Below are positions 43,424-55,007 of a stretch of 64,000 nt of DNA, one piece after another; the stretch's first letter is position 1; every line of letters starts with the position of its first letter. Source of the DNA: Prochlorococcus sp. AG-679-M23 (lineage in GTDB: Bacteria > Cyanobacteriota > Cyanobacteriia > PCC-6307 > Cyanobiaceae); assembly GCA_003208875.1 (NCBI GenBank), contig QCUR01000004.1:131121-195120 (forward strand), in the 5' to 3' direction. The translations under genes were made by a program, and so were the position numbers. A model generated the notes under the pieces. The model did no database searches, was not told where the DNA came from, and saw nothing but the letters and a program-made list of their open reading frames with translations.

Positions 43424-44677
43424 ATGGGAAAAAGCTTTTTTTTTGAAAATATAAATATTTTGATGGGATCCAATGCGACAGTTATCAAAGATAATTTATT
43501 AATTATCGATAGCAAAATAGAAGCATTTGGTAAAAAGGCTAAAGAGGAGGCGTTAAAGAAGAATATAAAAATTTCTAAATCTGGTAATAAAATATTGGCT
43601 CCAATGCTTGTAGATAGTCACTCATTTTTAGAAGATCCCTTAACAGGGATTGATGATAACCTAGAAAATTTAAAGTTTAGAGCAAAGAAATCAGGTTTTG
43701 GTACAATCGCCTTTCTTCCAAATAGTAACAACTGGAGAGATAATCCTGAAAAAATACCCTTTCAGAAAAATTATGATTTTGATTTAAATATTTATTTTTG
43801 GGGAAGTTTAAGTTTGGAAGATGAAGGCAAAAAACTATCTCCCCATAGTGAACTTTTGAAATCAGGTTCAATAGGTCTCTCTACTAGAAACTTTTTTGAC
43901 AACTCAATCATTTTAAAAGGTCTTTCTTTAGGCGCAGTCAAGACATCACCTATATTATTTTCTTTAACAAAAAATAATTCACTAAAGAAAGGAATTATAA
44001 ATAAGGACATAAAATCACTACAATCAGGTTTTTATATTATTGACAATAATAATGAGATTGCAGAAGTTAAAAATATTTTAGGTATCAAGAATATTTTTCC
44101 AGATAAAAATATAATAATTAAAAATATATCAGATTCAAATTCCCTTAAAGAAATAGAAAATAACACTATTCCAATTTCAGCGACAATAAGTTGGTGGAGC
44201 TTAATAGCCGATACAAATAATCTCGAGTTTGATGATCTTGGCTGGAAAGTAGACCCCCCTTTGGGCTCTCAGGAAAATAGAGAATTTTTAATAAAAGGTT
44301 TAGAAAATGATTTAATTCAAGCAATTGCAGTCAACTCCAAGGCATTAAGCGATGAAAATACATTTATCCCCATAAATGATAGACCCGCAGGGATAAGCTC
44401 TTTTGAATTAGTTTTACCGTTATTGTGGAAAGAATTTGTAGTCAAAAGAGATTGGTCAATTCCAATGCTCTGGAAATATTTAAGTTTTAATCCCTCTAAT
44501 TTATTAGGAATAATGCAAGAAAAATTATCTATCGGCAGTAAAAGATGGCTTCTATTTGACCCTGATACAAAATGGCTAAATAATCAAATCAATTTAGGTT
44601 ATGATTCCCCTTCAAATTTTCCCAAGAAAAATCAATTAATTAAAGGGAAAGTGATTCATGTAGGGCTTGATTTTTAA
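43424..44677 (+). CDS. Dihydroorotase-like protein, probably catalytically inactive
   Basis: Amidohydrolase layout (LVDSHSF, KVDPPL, GISSFE, NPS, FDP) with metal ligands missing. Confidence 0.8.
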   Translation: MGKSFFFENINILMGSNATVIKDNLLIIDSKIEAFGKKAKEEALKKNIKISKSGNKILAPMLVDSHSFLEDPLTGIDDNLENLKFRAKKSGFGTIAFLPNSNNWRDNPEKIPFQKNYDFDLNIYFWGSLSLEDEGKKLSPHSELLKSGSIGLSTRNFFDNSIILKGLSLGAVKTSPILFSLTKNNSLKKGIINKDIKSLQSGFYIIDNNNEIAEVKNILGIKNIFPDKNIIIKNISDSNSLKEIENNTIPISATISWWSLIADTNNLEFDDLGWKVDPPLGSQENREFLIKGLENDLIQAIAVNSKALSDENTFIPINDRPAGISSFELVLPLLWKEFVVKRDWSIPMLWKYLSFNPSNLLGIMQEKLSIGSKRWLLFDPDTKWLNNQINLGYDSPSNFPKKNQLIKGKVIHVGLDF

Positions 44678-45326
44678 AAAGTCCAAAATTCTTTAGAGGC
44701 CAAAACCTAAAATAAGCTTTTCCAATTATTTCTTTTTTATGAAGAAATTTACCTCCAGGCCAATATCTTCCATCCCAGCTATTTGATCTATTATCACCTA
44801 AAACCAAAAAATGATCCTTTGGTACTTTCAAACTTTTAAATTCTCCGCAATTATTAAAAAAGGATTCTGAACAGAAATTAGTAACATATGGCTCAAATAT
44901 CTTTTTATTATTGACTATCACTTCGCCTTTAATATTGACACTAACTAATTCTCCAGGCAATGCTACTACTCTTTTTATATAAGCATCACAAGCCTGATCT
45001 CTTAATCCAGGGATGAATGACATTGGAGGAAAACCCATAAAAAAACAATAACTTTTATTTGGTAATGGGTTAGATCTTGATGCAACAAGTTTTTCATCAA
45101 AAGAAAAAGGGGATTTAAAAACAACAATATCTCCTCTTTGAGGAGATGAGTTTTTTAAGGAAATTTTTTCAATAATTAATCTATCGTTTATTTGTAATTC
45201 AGGAAGCATTGAACCAGAGGGAATGTAACGAGGTTCTGCTAAAAAAGATCTGCAAGAAGAGACAAAAAAAGCTAATAGAATTAATGGACCCCACTCAAGA
45301 AGTAAATTTTTAAAAGAGAAATTCAT
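44640..45326 (-). CDS. lepB: Signal peptidase I
   Basis: IPSGSMLP, YIKRVVALPG, GDNRSNSWDGR. Confidence 0.96.
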   Translation of the reverse strand: MNFSFKNLLLEWGPLILLAFFVSSCRSFLAEPRYIPSGSMLPELQINDRLIIEKISLKNSSPQRGDIVVFKSPFSFDEKLVASRSNPLPNKSYCFFMGFPPMSFIPGLRDQACDAYIKRVVALPGELVSVNIKGEVIVNNKKIFEPYVTNFCSESFFNNCGEFKSLKVPKDHFLVLGDNRSNSWDGRYWPGGKFLHKKEIIGKAYFRFWPLKNFGLFKNQALHESLSL

Positions 45327-45347
45327 AAAATTTACAAAATCAAATAT

Positions 45348-45704
45348 CTATTTGAGGTTTGCGATATATTCAGACTCATTGAATCCAAGTATTAATTTAC
45401 TTTCATTAATAATTAAAAATGGTCTTTTGATTAATTTTCCATCATTTGACAATAGTTCAATAATTTTTTTTTGGGTTAAGTTAAGAATATCAATACCGAT
45501 TGACTTATAACTTTTACCTCTTGTATTAAATATCTTCTTAATGTCTAGAGAAAATTGTATTAAAGCCAGTTCCAAAAATTTTTTTGAAGGTGGTTGCTTA
45601 ACAATATCTATTAATTGATAATTAATATTATTTTGATCAAGCCACTTGGATGCCTTTCTACACGTAGAGCATTTTGGATAGCTATAAAAAATTACTCTTT
45701 TCAA
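45348..45704 (-). CDS. ArsC/Spx-MgsR family protein
   Basis: CSTCRKA, FNTRG, LIKRP. Confidence 0.88.
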   Translation of the reverse strand: MKRVIFYSYPKCSTCRKASKWLDQNNINYQLIDIVKQPPSKKFLELALIQFSLDIKKIFNTRGKSYKSIGIDILNLTQKKIIELLSNDGKLIKRPFLIINESKLILGFNESEYIANLK

Positions 45705-45705
45705 T

Positions 45706-46254
45706 TTATTTAACTATTGAAGATTTTTTTAAAACTTTAAAGGATTTCTTTTTTTTTGGTGTACATTTTCTTAAAAGTTCTTCAACTACTTCAAAATCTC
45801 TCCAACCATCTATTTGAACTGTCCTTCCATCTAAACCTTTGCTTGTTCTAAAGAATTCTGCAACATCTTCTAATTGATTAGGTGCTATTTGATTAATGCT
45901 AATTATATTTTCTTGCCTAGGATTAGATATAGGAACGCACAAAAGTTTCCCATCATATTGCCCACAGTCATGCATATCTAAGACACCTATAGGTCTTGCT
46001 TTTATTAGACAACCTGCGAATGTTGGCTCATCCATAATTACCATTGCATCTAGTGGAGCTCCATCATCAGCGAGGGTGTTTGGGACAAAGCCATAGTCAA
46101 ATGGGTAGCGTACTGAAGAATGCAAAATCCTATCAAGTGCCATAATTCCAGCTTGAGAACAATATTCATATTTATTCCTGCTACCAGCTGGTATTTCAAC
46201 AACTAAATTAACTATGCCCTTCATTGGAGATGGAGGTATCAAACTAAGATCCAT
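45706..46254 (-). CDS. ppa: Family I inorganic pyrophosphatase paralog with active-site substitutions
   Basis: EIP, KYE, LDR, YPFDYG; DDGAPLD in place of DGDPxD. Confidence 0.85.
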   Translation of the reverse strand: MDLSLIPPSPMKGIVNLVVEIPAGSRNKYEYCSQAGIMALDRILHSSVRYPFDYGFVPNTLADDGAPLDAMVIMDEPTFAGCLIKARPIGVLDMHDCGQYDGKLLCVPISNPRQENIISINQIAPNQLEDVAEFFRTSKGLDGRTVQIDGWRDFEVVEELLRKCTPKKKKSFKVLKKSSIVK

Positions 46255-46498
46255 CTTTTTTAATTAAGTGAAAAGAAGTGATCTCATTTCCTTGAGATAA
46301 AGGTCTACCAAGCAAAATACAAATTGAGGGTAATATAATTGTTAAGGATGCAATTATAATTCCAAGAAACGAAATTGATAAACTCCTTATACTTAAGGGG
46401 TCATCATCATCTCTTTCCAATTCACTTGAAATAGTAATAAGAGAAGATTTTTCGCTTAAATTACTTTTGACAAACCGCTTTGAATTTGTGTATCTCAA
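46244..46498 (-). CDS. Small membrane protein of unknown function
   Basis: Single hydrophobic segment; overlaps the ppa start. Confidence 0.6.
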   Translation of the reverse strand: MRYTNSKRFVKSNLSEKSSLITISSELERDDDDPLSIRSLSISFLGIIIASLTIILPSICILLGRPLSQGNEITSFHLIKKDGS

Positions 46499-46584
46499 GA
46501 GATTTACTTGTTAAAAGTTGAGTAATAAACTTAACAAAATTATCTTACAATCAAAAAGTACATAAATCAAAATAAAGTTTAAAA

Positions 46585-46935
46585 TTAATTTTTTTCTAGC
46601 AAAGATCTAATACTTTTTAATTCCTCAAGAATTTGAGAAAGAGTATTTTGTGCAGCTGAAGATGGAGAATTAAAAACTTCGACAGTAACTTCTTTAATTC
46701 TTAAAATATCCTTAGCAAATCTTGCAATTTCATTAGGGTGGAAACGTAATGGCTCTTTCTGATCAGTTCTATATTCAGGATTTAATTTTCTCGGGTTGAA
46801 GCTAGGATTTAAATTTCTTAGATCTGTATTTGTGTACCTGTAAACAGAAGCTCTTGATCGGTTAAGGAATTTCTGAACTTCATCAATACCAACTAATTCT
46901 TCTGAACTAGAAATATTAGAATCTATATTTTCCAT
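46585..46935 (-). CDS. Conserved excisionase-like HTH DNA-binding protein
   Basis: 'LVGIDEVQKFLNRSRASVYRY' fits the HTH_17/AlpA/Xis pattern. Confidence 0.7.
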   Translation of the reverse strand: MENIDSNISSSEELVGIDEVQKFLNRSRASVYRYTNTDLRNLNPSFNPRKLNPEYRTDQKEPLRFHPNEIARFAKDILRIKEVTVEVFNSPSSAAQNTLSQILEELKSIRSLLEKN

Positions 46936-47110
46936 AACTTTGTAAAAATTTCATCCAGGTTAATGAATTTACTTAAAAATTTTAAGTTTTATTATTGCAG
47001 AAACTAGCAGAAAGCATAAATCTAAACTACCTGCCTTCAGGGACTCAAGACACTTTAAATTTTTTTTTCACCTGAATTGATAAAATTGATTAAATTTATA
47101 AGTTTCTTTT

Positions 47111-48913
47111 ATGCGCGTCACTACCTCATTTCCTCTGGGGACCCTTCGCGACACTCCTTCTGAAGCAGAAATTACTTCTCATCAATTACTCTTAAAAGGG
47201 GGTTATATTCGCAGAGTTAATAGTGGCATTTATGCATACATGCCAATAATGCTTAGGGTAATCGAAAAAATATCTACCATAATTGAAAAAGAACTTAATA
47301 ATATTTATTGTTCAAAATTACTTTTACCCCAACTCCACCCAGCAGAATTATGGAAAAAAAGTGAAAGATGGGAAGGTTACACCGCGGGAGAAGGCATAAT
47401 GTTTAATTTAAAGGATAGACAAGGAAAAGAATTTGGCTTGGCACCTACACATGAAGAAGTCATTACAAGTATTGCATCAGAAATGATAAATTCATATAAA
47501 CAGCTGCCTTTATGTTTTTACCAAATACAAACAAAATTTAGAGATGAGATAAGACCTAGATTTGGATTAATGAGAAGTAGGGAATTTATAATGAAGGATG
47601 CTTATTCTTTTCACTCTTCAAAAGAAGATTTAGCTTCTTTTTACGAAAAAATGGAAAAAGCTTATGAAAATATTTTTAAAAATTGTGGATTAGATACAGT
47701 GGGCGTGGATGCCGATAGTGGAGCAATTGGTGGAGCAGCATCTAAAGAGTTTATGGTAACAGCAGATGCAGGGGAAGATTCTATTTTATTTACTGAGAGT
47801 GGTTCATATGCGGCCAATATTGAAAAAGCCGTTTCTTTACCATCCAAAGAGATTCCTTTAATAAGGTCCCATGAAGAATGGATAGAAACCCCTAATCAAA
47901 AATCGATTGTTGATATTTGTCAAAATAATAATTTAGATGCAAGTCAAATAATTAAAGTCGTTATATTCCTTGCAAAATTTGAAGATAAATCTGAAGTCCC
48001 AATTCTCGCATGTATTAGAGGAGATCAGAATATTAATGAAGTCAAGCTTTTTAATTTGATCAACAAAAAATATATTTCAAACTTGATTCACCTAAAAATA
48101 GTCGATGACAATACCATTATTAATAAAAATCTAACTAATTTTCCATTAGGTTTTATTGGGCCAGACATAAATGATGAAACAATAAAAATTAATTCCAGTT
48201 GGGATAAAAGTTGGATAAGAATCGCTGACTACTCTGCCAGTAGTCTTTCAAGTTTTGTGAGTGGTGGTAATAAAGTTGATTTTCACAAAGTATTCCATGC
48301 GTTTTCATTTATTGAGAAAAAGTTTTTAATATCAGATATAAGGAATGCAAAAAAAGGAGATTGCATCAGCCAGGAAAGTAATGAAGAGTTAAAAGAAAAA
48401 AGAGGTATTGAAATTGGACATATTTTTCAATTAGGCCAAAAATATAGTGAGAAATTAAATGCAAAGTTTTCTGATAAGGATGGCCAATTGAAAAATTTAT
48501 GGATGGGTTGTTATGGAATAGGCGTAACAAGAATAGCCCAAGCAGCAATTGAACAGAATCATTATGAAAATGGTATTTCTTGGCCAATTCAAATTTCTCC
48601 GTTTGAGATTTTAATTATTCCAACTAATTTGAAAGATCCCATTCAAAAAGAACTCACTCAAGAGATTTATGAAGAGTTTAGAAGTAACCAAATCGATGTT
48701 CTTCTTGACGACCGAGATGATAGAGCAGGAGTGAAATTTAAAGATGCAGATTTAATTGGAATTCCTTTTCAAATAATTATTGGCAGAGACTCAATGAATA
48801 AAGAAGTAGAATTCATATCCAGATCAAGAAAAAGTAAAATTAAAATTGCATCTAAAAATTTATTAGAGAAATTTATTTCGGAATCAAAAGTAATGTACAA
48901 TAAAAATTCTTAA
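47111..48913 (+). CDS. proS: Proline-tRNA ligase
   Basis: LAPTHEE, FRDEIRPRFGLMR, GIEIGHIF, GCYGIG. Confidence 0.98.
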   Translation: MRVTTSFPLGTLRDTPSEAEITSHQLLLKGGYIRRVNSGIYAYMPIMLRVIEKISTIIEKELNNIYCSKLLLPQLHPAELWKKSERWEGYTAGEGIMFNLKDRQGKEFGLAPTHEEVITSIASEMINSYKQLPLCFYQIQTKFRDEIRPRFGLMRSREFIMKDAYSFHSSKEDLASFYEKMEKAYENIFKNCGLDTVGVDADSGAIGGAASKEFMVTADAGEDSILFTESGSYAANIEKAVSLPSKEIPLIRSHEEWIETPNQKSIVDICQNNNLDASQIIKVVIFLAKFEDKSEVPILACIRGDQNINEVKLFNLINKKYISNLIHLKIVDDNTIINKNLTNFPLGFIGPDINDETIKINSSWDKSWIRIADYSASSLSSFVSGGNKVDFHKVFHAFSFIEKKFLISDIRNAKKGDCISQESNEELKEKRGIEIGHIFQLGQKYSEKLNAKFSDKDGQLKNLWMGCYGIGVTRIAQAAIEQNHYENGISWPIQISPFEILIIPTNLKDPIQKELTQEIYEEFRSNQIDVLLDDRDDRAGVKFKDADLIGIPFQIIIGRDSMNKEVEFISRSRKSKIKIASKNLLEKFISESKVMYNKNS

Positions 48914-48939
48914 AGCTAAAATTTATTCGGAGTTAAGTT

Positions 48940-49377
48940 ATGTTAGTTAAAAAGATGGCTGAATTATTTTCTAGATTTTTTGTAAAAGCAATATCTTTTG
49001 CTATTTGTATATCTGTTTTTTTTACAGTATTTAATTCTCCATCATATGCAGCAAAGACTTCTATGACCGGTGATTATGCAAAAGACACAATATCAGTTGT
49101 TAAAACCCTACAAATTGCTGTTGAAACTGCAAAAGATTCTCCTGATAAGGATAAGGTTAGAGATGAATCACTTGCTCTAATAACTGATTATATTTCTAGA
49201 TACAGAAACAGAGGAATGGTTAATAAAACTCAATCATTTACAACAATGCAGACAGCATTAAATGCTATGGCAGGTCATTACAAAAACTTTGCAACTAGGC
49301 CTCTACCAGATAAGCTTAAAGAGCGTTTAACAAAAGAATTCACCCTTGCAGAAAAGATGGTTCTCAGAGAAAGTTAA
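48940..49377 (+). CDS. psb27: Photosystem II assembly factor Psb27
   Basis: TGDYAKDT, YISRYR, SFTTMQTALNAMAGHY. Confidence 0.92.
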   Translation: MLVKKMAELFSRFFVKAISFAICISVFFTVFNSPSYAAKTSMTGDYAKDTISVVKTLQIAVETAKDSPDKDKVRDESLALITDYISRYRNRGMVNKTQSFTTMQTALNAMAGHYKNFATRPLPDKLKERLTKEFTLAEKMVLRES

Positions 49378-49419
49378 TACAAATGATTTACTTTTTTGAA
49401 GTTATTCAATAATTTTTAA

Positions 49420-50769
<1,350 letters not shown>

Positions 50770-50778
50770 ATAAGAAAT

Positions 50779-51804
50779 TTGATCTCAATGATAGATAAAA
50801 AAAACCATTTTGATCTAAAAAAAGATATCGACCTTATTGGATTAGGTAATGCAATAGTCGACATTATTGTTAATGTGGATGATAAATTTTTAGAGATAAA
50901 TACCCTTAAAAAGGGATCTATGAATCTTATCAATTCGAATGAATCTAAAGCTTTATTAAAAAATTGCACAGTAATAAAAAAATTATCAGGGGGTTCGTCT
51001 GCTAACACTGTTGTATGCTTGGCTGAATTAGATAATAATGTTCAATTTATTGGAAGAGTAAAGAATGACGATTTTGGAAATTTCTTCTCTACTGATATTA
51101 AAAGAAGTAATACTATTTTTAACACCCCGCCAATAGATAAAGGGCCCTCAAGTGCACATTCCATAATTTTTATTACTCCAGATGCTCAAAGAACAATGTG
51201 CACATATTTGGGGGCTTCAATTGAATTTGAGCCTAAAAATGTTAATTATAATTTAATAGCAAATAGCAAATATTTATACTTGGAAGGATACTTATGGGAT
51301 AGTGATTTAGCCAAAAATGCCTTTCTTCAAGCTGCAAAGCTTGCCAAAGAATCAGATACAAAAATAATACTTTCATTATCAGACTCTTTTTGTGTAGATA
51401 GGCATCGAGAAAGTTTCTTAAAATTAATTGAAGACTATATAGATATAGTATTTTGTAATGAATCAGAAGTCTTAAGTCTATTTCAAGAAAATGATTTACA
51501 AAGATGTCAAGAATCTATTTCTTCAATATGTGAATTAGTAATAATCACTTTAGGAAGTAAAGGTTCTTTAATTGTCAATAAAGGCAACTCTGAAGAAATA
51601 AAACCAAAACTATTAGGAAATATTATTGATACAACGGGAGCAGGAGATCTTTATGCTGGTGGATTTATTCATGGACTAATTAATAATTATTCTTTAAAAA
51701 AGTGCGGAGAAATAGGTTCAATATGCGCTGGTCATATAATTACTCAGCTAGGTTCTAGATCTAATATTAATCTTCAAAACTTATTACGAGCAAACTTGAT
51801 TTGA
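50779..51804 (+). CDS. PfkB family kinase (adenosine/inosine kinase-like)
   Basis: GGSSANT, LEGYL, DTTGAGD. Confidence 0.92.
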   Translation: MISMIDKKNHFDLKKDIDLIGLGNAIVDIIVNVDDKFLEINTLKKGSMNLINSNESKALLKNCTVIKKLSGGSSANTVVCLAELDNNVQFIGRVKNDDFGNFFSTDIKRSNTIFNTPPIDKGPSSAHSIIFITPDAQRTMCTYLGASIEFEPKNVNYNLIANSKYLYLEGYLWDSDLAKNAFLQAAKLAKESDTKIILSLSDSFCVDRHRESFLKLIEDYIDIVFCNESEVLSLFQENDLQRCQESISSICELVIITLGSKGSLIVNKGNSEEIKPKLLGNIIDTTGAGDLYAGGFIHGLINNYSLKKCGEIGSICAGHIITQLGSRSNINLQNLLRANLI

Positions 51805-52110
51805 ACAAGATCTATTTACCCAATTAAAATATTTTTTTTCAGAATTAAACTTTTTATAAATAATTTGAGGAACATCATAAGATATCTGCTTTTGTAAGAA
51901 AACTACCAAAGCATTTTTCAATTCTGGTTTACTTTTAATTATAGTCTCCCACTCATTAACCTCCTCAATTTTTCCTTTCCACTCATAAATGGAATTAATC
52001 TCTTTAAATGAGACACACGCTGCAAGTTTTTTTTTTAGTAATAATTTAGCTATTTTTTTGGCTGCTTTTTTATTACATTCAGTTGCTACCAAAAGTAAAA
52101 CTTTCTTCAT
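51784..52110 (-). CDS. cutA: Divalent-cation tolerance protein CutA
   Basis: LAACV, SIYEWKG, YDVPQI. Confidence 0.9.
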   Translation of the reverse strand: MKKVLLLVATECNKKAAKKIAKLLLKKKLAACVSFKEINSIYEWKGKIEEVNEWETIIKSKPELKNALVVFLQKQISYDVPQIIYKKFNSEKKYFNWVNRSCSNQVCS

Positions 52111-52916
52111 CCTATAGTGTTCTTTTTATCAGTTAATTGACTTATCAACTTATCATAATCAAAAAATATAAGCGAGTTTTTAAATTTTAGTTTTGGCCTT
52201 TTTACTAAAAATAACTTCATATCACTTTTATAAACAATTTCCTCCCAATTCATTTGTGCATAACTTCCAGAATCTCTGCAAAGTATATAATCTATATTCC
52301 AATGATCACATAGTTTTTTTTCTAAAATATTTGCTTTGTTTTTACTAGGTTCAAGTATTGCTATGTTTGAATTTTTTATACCTGAGGCAAAAGCTTTGGA
52401 TATGCTTTCATATGTTGGAATTACTCTTGTAAATACATTTGCCCCACATTTTAAATAATAACTTGCCGTCTCATTTAGTAATCTAGATCCAATTGCTAAA
52501 AGAATATTTTTATTTACTAAAACGTCCTTGTCTATATTTTTTAAACCCTTTATGTAGTTAAAGTTTTTAAATGTTTTTATTTCCGATTTCCTCTCAAAAG
52601 CAAAAAGAGGCTTTTTGATTTTTTTACATGCTTCATCTAGGTTTTGAGAAATAATTAAAGCAAATGGATGAGTTGCATCTATTACATAATTAATTTTATT
52701 TTTTTTAATAAAGTTGATTATTTCACTTGAATCATTTAATTTTCCTGTAATGATGTGTAACTTTGAATTTTCAACGTAAGATTTACTTGCTTTATGCGTG
52801 ACAACACTTACAAATACTACATAATTTAGTTTTAATAGTTTGTTAACTATGACTGGTCCATCTGAAGTTCCTGAAAGGATCCAAACATTTTCGTGGCAAT
52901 TTTCTGAATTGTGCAT
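52107..52916 (-). CDS. cobK: Precorrin-6A/cobalt-precorrin-6A reductase
   Basis: ILSGTSDG, VIDATHPFA, FER, RDSG, VKRP. Start set at ATG 52916 to avoid overlap with ssb. Confidence 0.88.
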   Translation of the reverse strand: MHNSENCHENVWILSGTSDGPVIVNKLLKLNYVVFVSVVTHKASKSYVENSKLHIITGKLNDSSEIINFIKKNKINYVIDATHPFALIISQNLDEACKKIKKPLFAFERKSEIKTFKNFNYIKGLKNIDKDVLVNKNILLAIGSRLLNETASYYLKCGANVFTRVIPTYESISKAFASGIKNSNIAILEPSKNKANILEKKLCDHWNIDYILCRDSGSYAQMNWEEIVYKSDMKLFLVKRPKLKFKNSLIFFDYDKLISQLTDKKNTIG

Positions 52917-52945
52917 CAATATATCTGTAATTAAATAGAAAGTTA

Positions 52946-53395
52946 ATGAATCATTGTTTAATTCAAGCCGTAATAAATAGCGCTCCTCAGATGAGATATA
53001 CCAAAGAGAATAAAACACCCATTGCTGAAATGACCGTTAATTTCAAAGGACTACGCGATGAAGATCCATTTAGAGAATTAAAAGTTTTAGGTTGGGGTAC
53101 TATTGCACAAGAAATGGTGGGAGAATTAAAAGAAGGTCAAAACATAGTTATTGAGGGACGTTTAAGAATGAACTCAGTAACCAGAAAAGATGGAACCAAG
53201 GAAAAGCAGCCTGAACTGACAGCTTCTAGAATTCATAATATAAGTCCAGGAGTACAAATAACCTCAGAGAAAAAAGAAACTAACATTTCTCGTAGCAACG
53301 GTAGCAATTCTTCTGAAGAAAAATCGGGAAATACCGAAAATTCACAATGGAATACATCTCCTTTAGTCCCTGAAGTTGACGAAATACCCTTTTAA
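52946..53395 (+). CDS. ssb: Single-stranded DNA-binding protein family
   Basis: OB-fold pattern (MRYT, WG, IEGRL) and acidic DEIPF tail. Confidence 0.85.
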   Translation: MNHCLIQAVINSAPQMRYTKENKTPIAEMTVNFKGLRDEDPFRELKVLGWGTIAQEMVGELKEGQNIVIEGRLRMNSVTRKDGTKEKQPELTASRIHNISPGVQITSEKKETNISRSNGSNSSEEKSGNTENSQWNTSPLVPEVDEIPF

Positions 53396-53397
53396 AA

Positions 53398-53589
53398 TCA
53401 AGTCTCAATATTTGATTCTTGAACACGTATAATAAGTTTGCTTATTTTTCTTTCAAGATCAGCCAGTTCACTCCTAATCTCTGACCATTTACCTTTATCA
53501 AGATTCTCTAACAACCAAGCTCTATCTTGATCAAGTTTTAAAATTAAATCTTCTTGATTTGTAGAATTATGATCTTGCATAATATTCAA
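53398..53589 (-). CDS. Small conserved hypothetical protein
   Basis: 63-aa helical ORF that exactly fills the gap between genes. Confidence 0.65.
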   Translation of the reverse strand: MNIMQDHNSTNQEDLILKLDQDRAWLLENLDKGKWSEIRSELADLERKISKLIIRVQESNIET

Positions 53590-53610
53590 TAACTTTTCTA
53601 ATAAAACAAA

Positions 53611-54141
53611 ATGAAGAAATACCTATCTCCTGCAAACATAATAACAGTCGCAGGAGGTGTTTTGGCTTTTATTGGGATGACAGCTTATTTTACTGAGTCA
53701 GTAAATCTAAGCGTGCCTACGTTCTTTTATGGAGTCCCTATTTTACTAATTGGACTTGGTTTGAAAACTTCCGAAATACCTCCAGTTAAATTAGTAAATA
53801 GAAATGATTTTAAGACCAATAAATTTAACAGGCCCAAAGAATTAACCGAATTAGTTAGAGATGTAACCAGATGGAGGTATGGAATAAAAGCGCATCTTGA
53901 ATCTTCATTAGAGGCCTTAAATTTATGGAATGAAGATAATCCTCCCCAACTTAAAGAGATTGAAGAAATTACAAAAGAAGAAAAGAATGGTTTTAAGATG
54001 CATTTTGAAATTAATGATGTCCCCTTTGAACAATGGATTGAGAAACAAGAGAGATTAAACAGGTTTTTCGTCAAAGGTCTTGAATCAGAATTTATTATCA
54101 ACGATAATAAAAAGGAATTCGATTTAATTTTCTTTTATTAA
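53611..54141 (+). CDS. Conserved cyanobacterial membrane protein (DUF2854-like)
   Basis: [26 protein letters not shown]. Confidence 0.8.
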   Translation: MKKYLSPANIITVAGGVLAFIGMTAYFTESVNLSVPTFFYGVPILLIGLGLKTSEIPPVKLVNRNDFKTNKFNRPKELTELVRDVTRWRYGIKAHLESSLEALNLWNEDNPPQLKEIEEITKEEKNGFKMHFEINDVPFEQWIEKQERLNRFFVKGLESEFIINDNKKEFDLIFFY

Positions 54142-54152
54142 ATATTCTTTTC

Positions 54153-55007
54153 ATGATGGATGATTCCCTAAGAGTATCAATATTAAGCGAAGCACTTCCA
54201 TACATACAAAGTTTTTCAGGTAGAAAAATTGTTGTTAAGTATGGCGGTTCTATTATGGAAGATGAAAAATTAAAAAAAGCTTTCTTCAGAGATATTGCTC
54301 TTTTATCAAGTGTTGGTGTTTGCCCAGTCGTTATACATGGGGGTGGTCCCGAAATTAATCGGTGGCTAAACAAATTAGAAATATTGCCAAAATTTGATAG
54401 TGGGTTAAGGGTTACCGATGAGAAAACAATGGAAATAGTTGAGATGGTGCTTATGGGAAGAGTAAATAAAGAGATTGTTAGGGGGATCAATAAAACAGGC
54501 TCATTAGCTGTAGGGATTTCAGGACTCGATGGCAACTTAATTCAGTCAAGAGAATTAGGAGATGGAAGTCATGGACTAGTTGGAGAGGTCACACAAATCA
54601 ACCCTGAGTTATTAGACCCTCTTATTGAGAAAGGATATATTCCTGTTATATCTAGTATTGGTTCTACAGCAGATGGCATTTCTCATAACATCAATGCTGA
54701 TTTCGTAGCGGGCGAAGTTGCTGCTGCAATAAATGCAGAAAAACTTATTCTTTTAACTGATACTCCAGGAATACTAAAAGAAAGAGATAAACCAAATAGT
54801 CTCGTAAAACAAATCAATCTAAAAGAGGCCAGAAAATATATTGAAAAAAATATTGTTTCTAATGGCATGCTCCCAAAAACGGAATGTTGTATTAGAGCCT
54901 TGGCTCAAGGAGTAAAAGCTGCCCATATAATTGATGGAAGGATTGAACATTCATTACTTCTAGAAATTTTCACAAATTTAGGTATTGGAACAATGATTAA
55001 TGCTTGA
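54153..55007 (+). CDS. argB: Acetylglutamate kinase
   Basis: VVKYGG, HGGGP, GLRVT, NINAD. Confidence 0.97.
   Translation: MMDDSLRVSILSEALPYIQSFSGRKIVVKYGGSIMEDEKLKKAFFRDIALLSSVGVCPVVIHGGGPEINRWLNKLEILPKFDSGLRVTDEKTMEIVEMVLMGRVNKEIVRGINKTGSLAVGISGLDGNLIQSRELGDGSHGLVGEVTQINPELLDPLIEKGYIPVISSIGSTADGISHNINADFVAGEVAAAINAEKLILLTDTPGILKERDKPNSLVKQINLKEARKYIEKNIVSNGMLPKTECCIRALAQGVKAAHIIDGRIEHSLLLEIFTNLGIGTMINA

Noticed and set aside
52917..53018. N-terminal extension of cobK overlapping ssb
   Set aside because: Homologous sequence begins near ATG 52916; the extension is likely an ORF-calling artefact.
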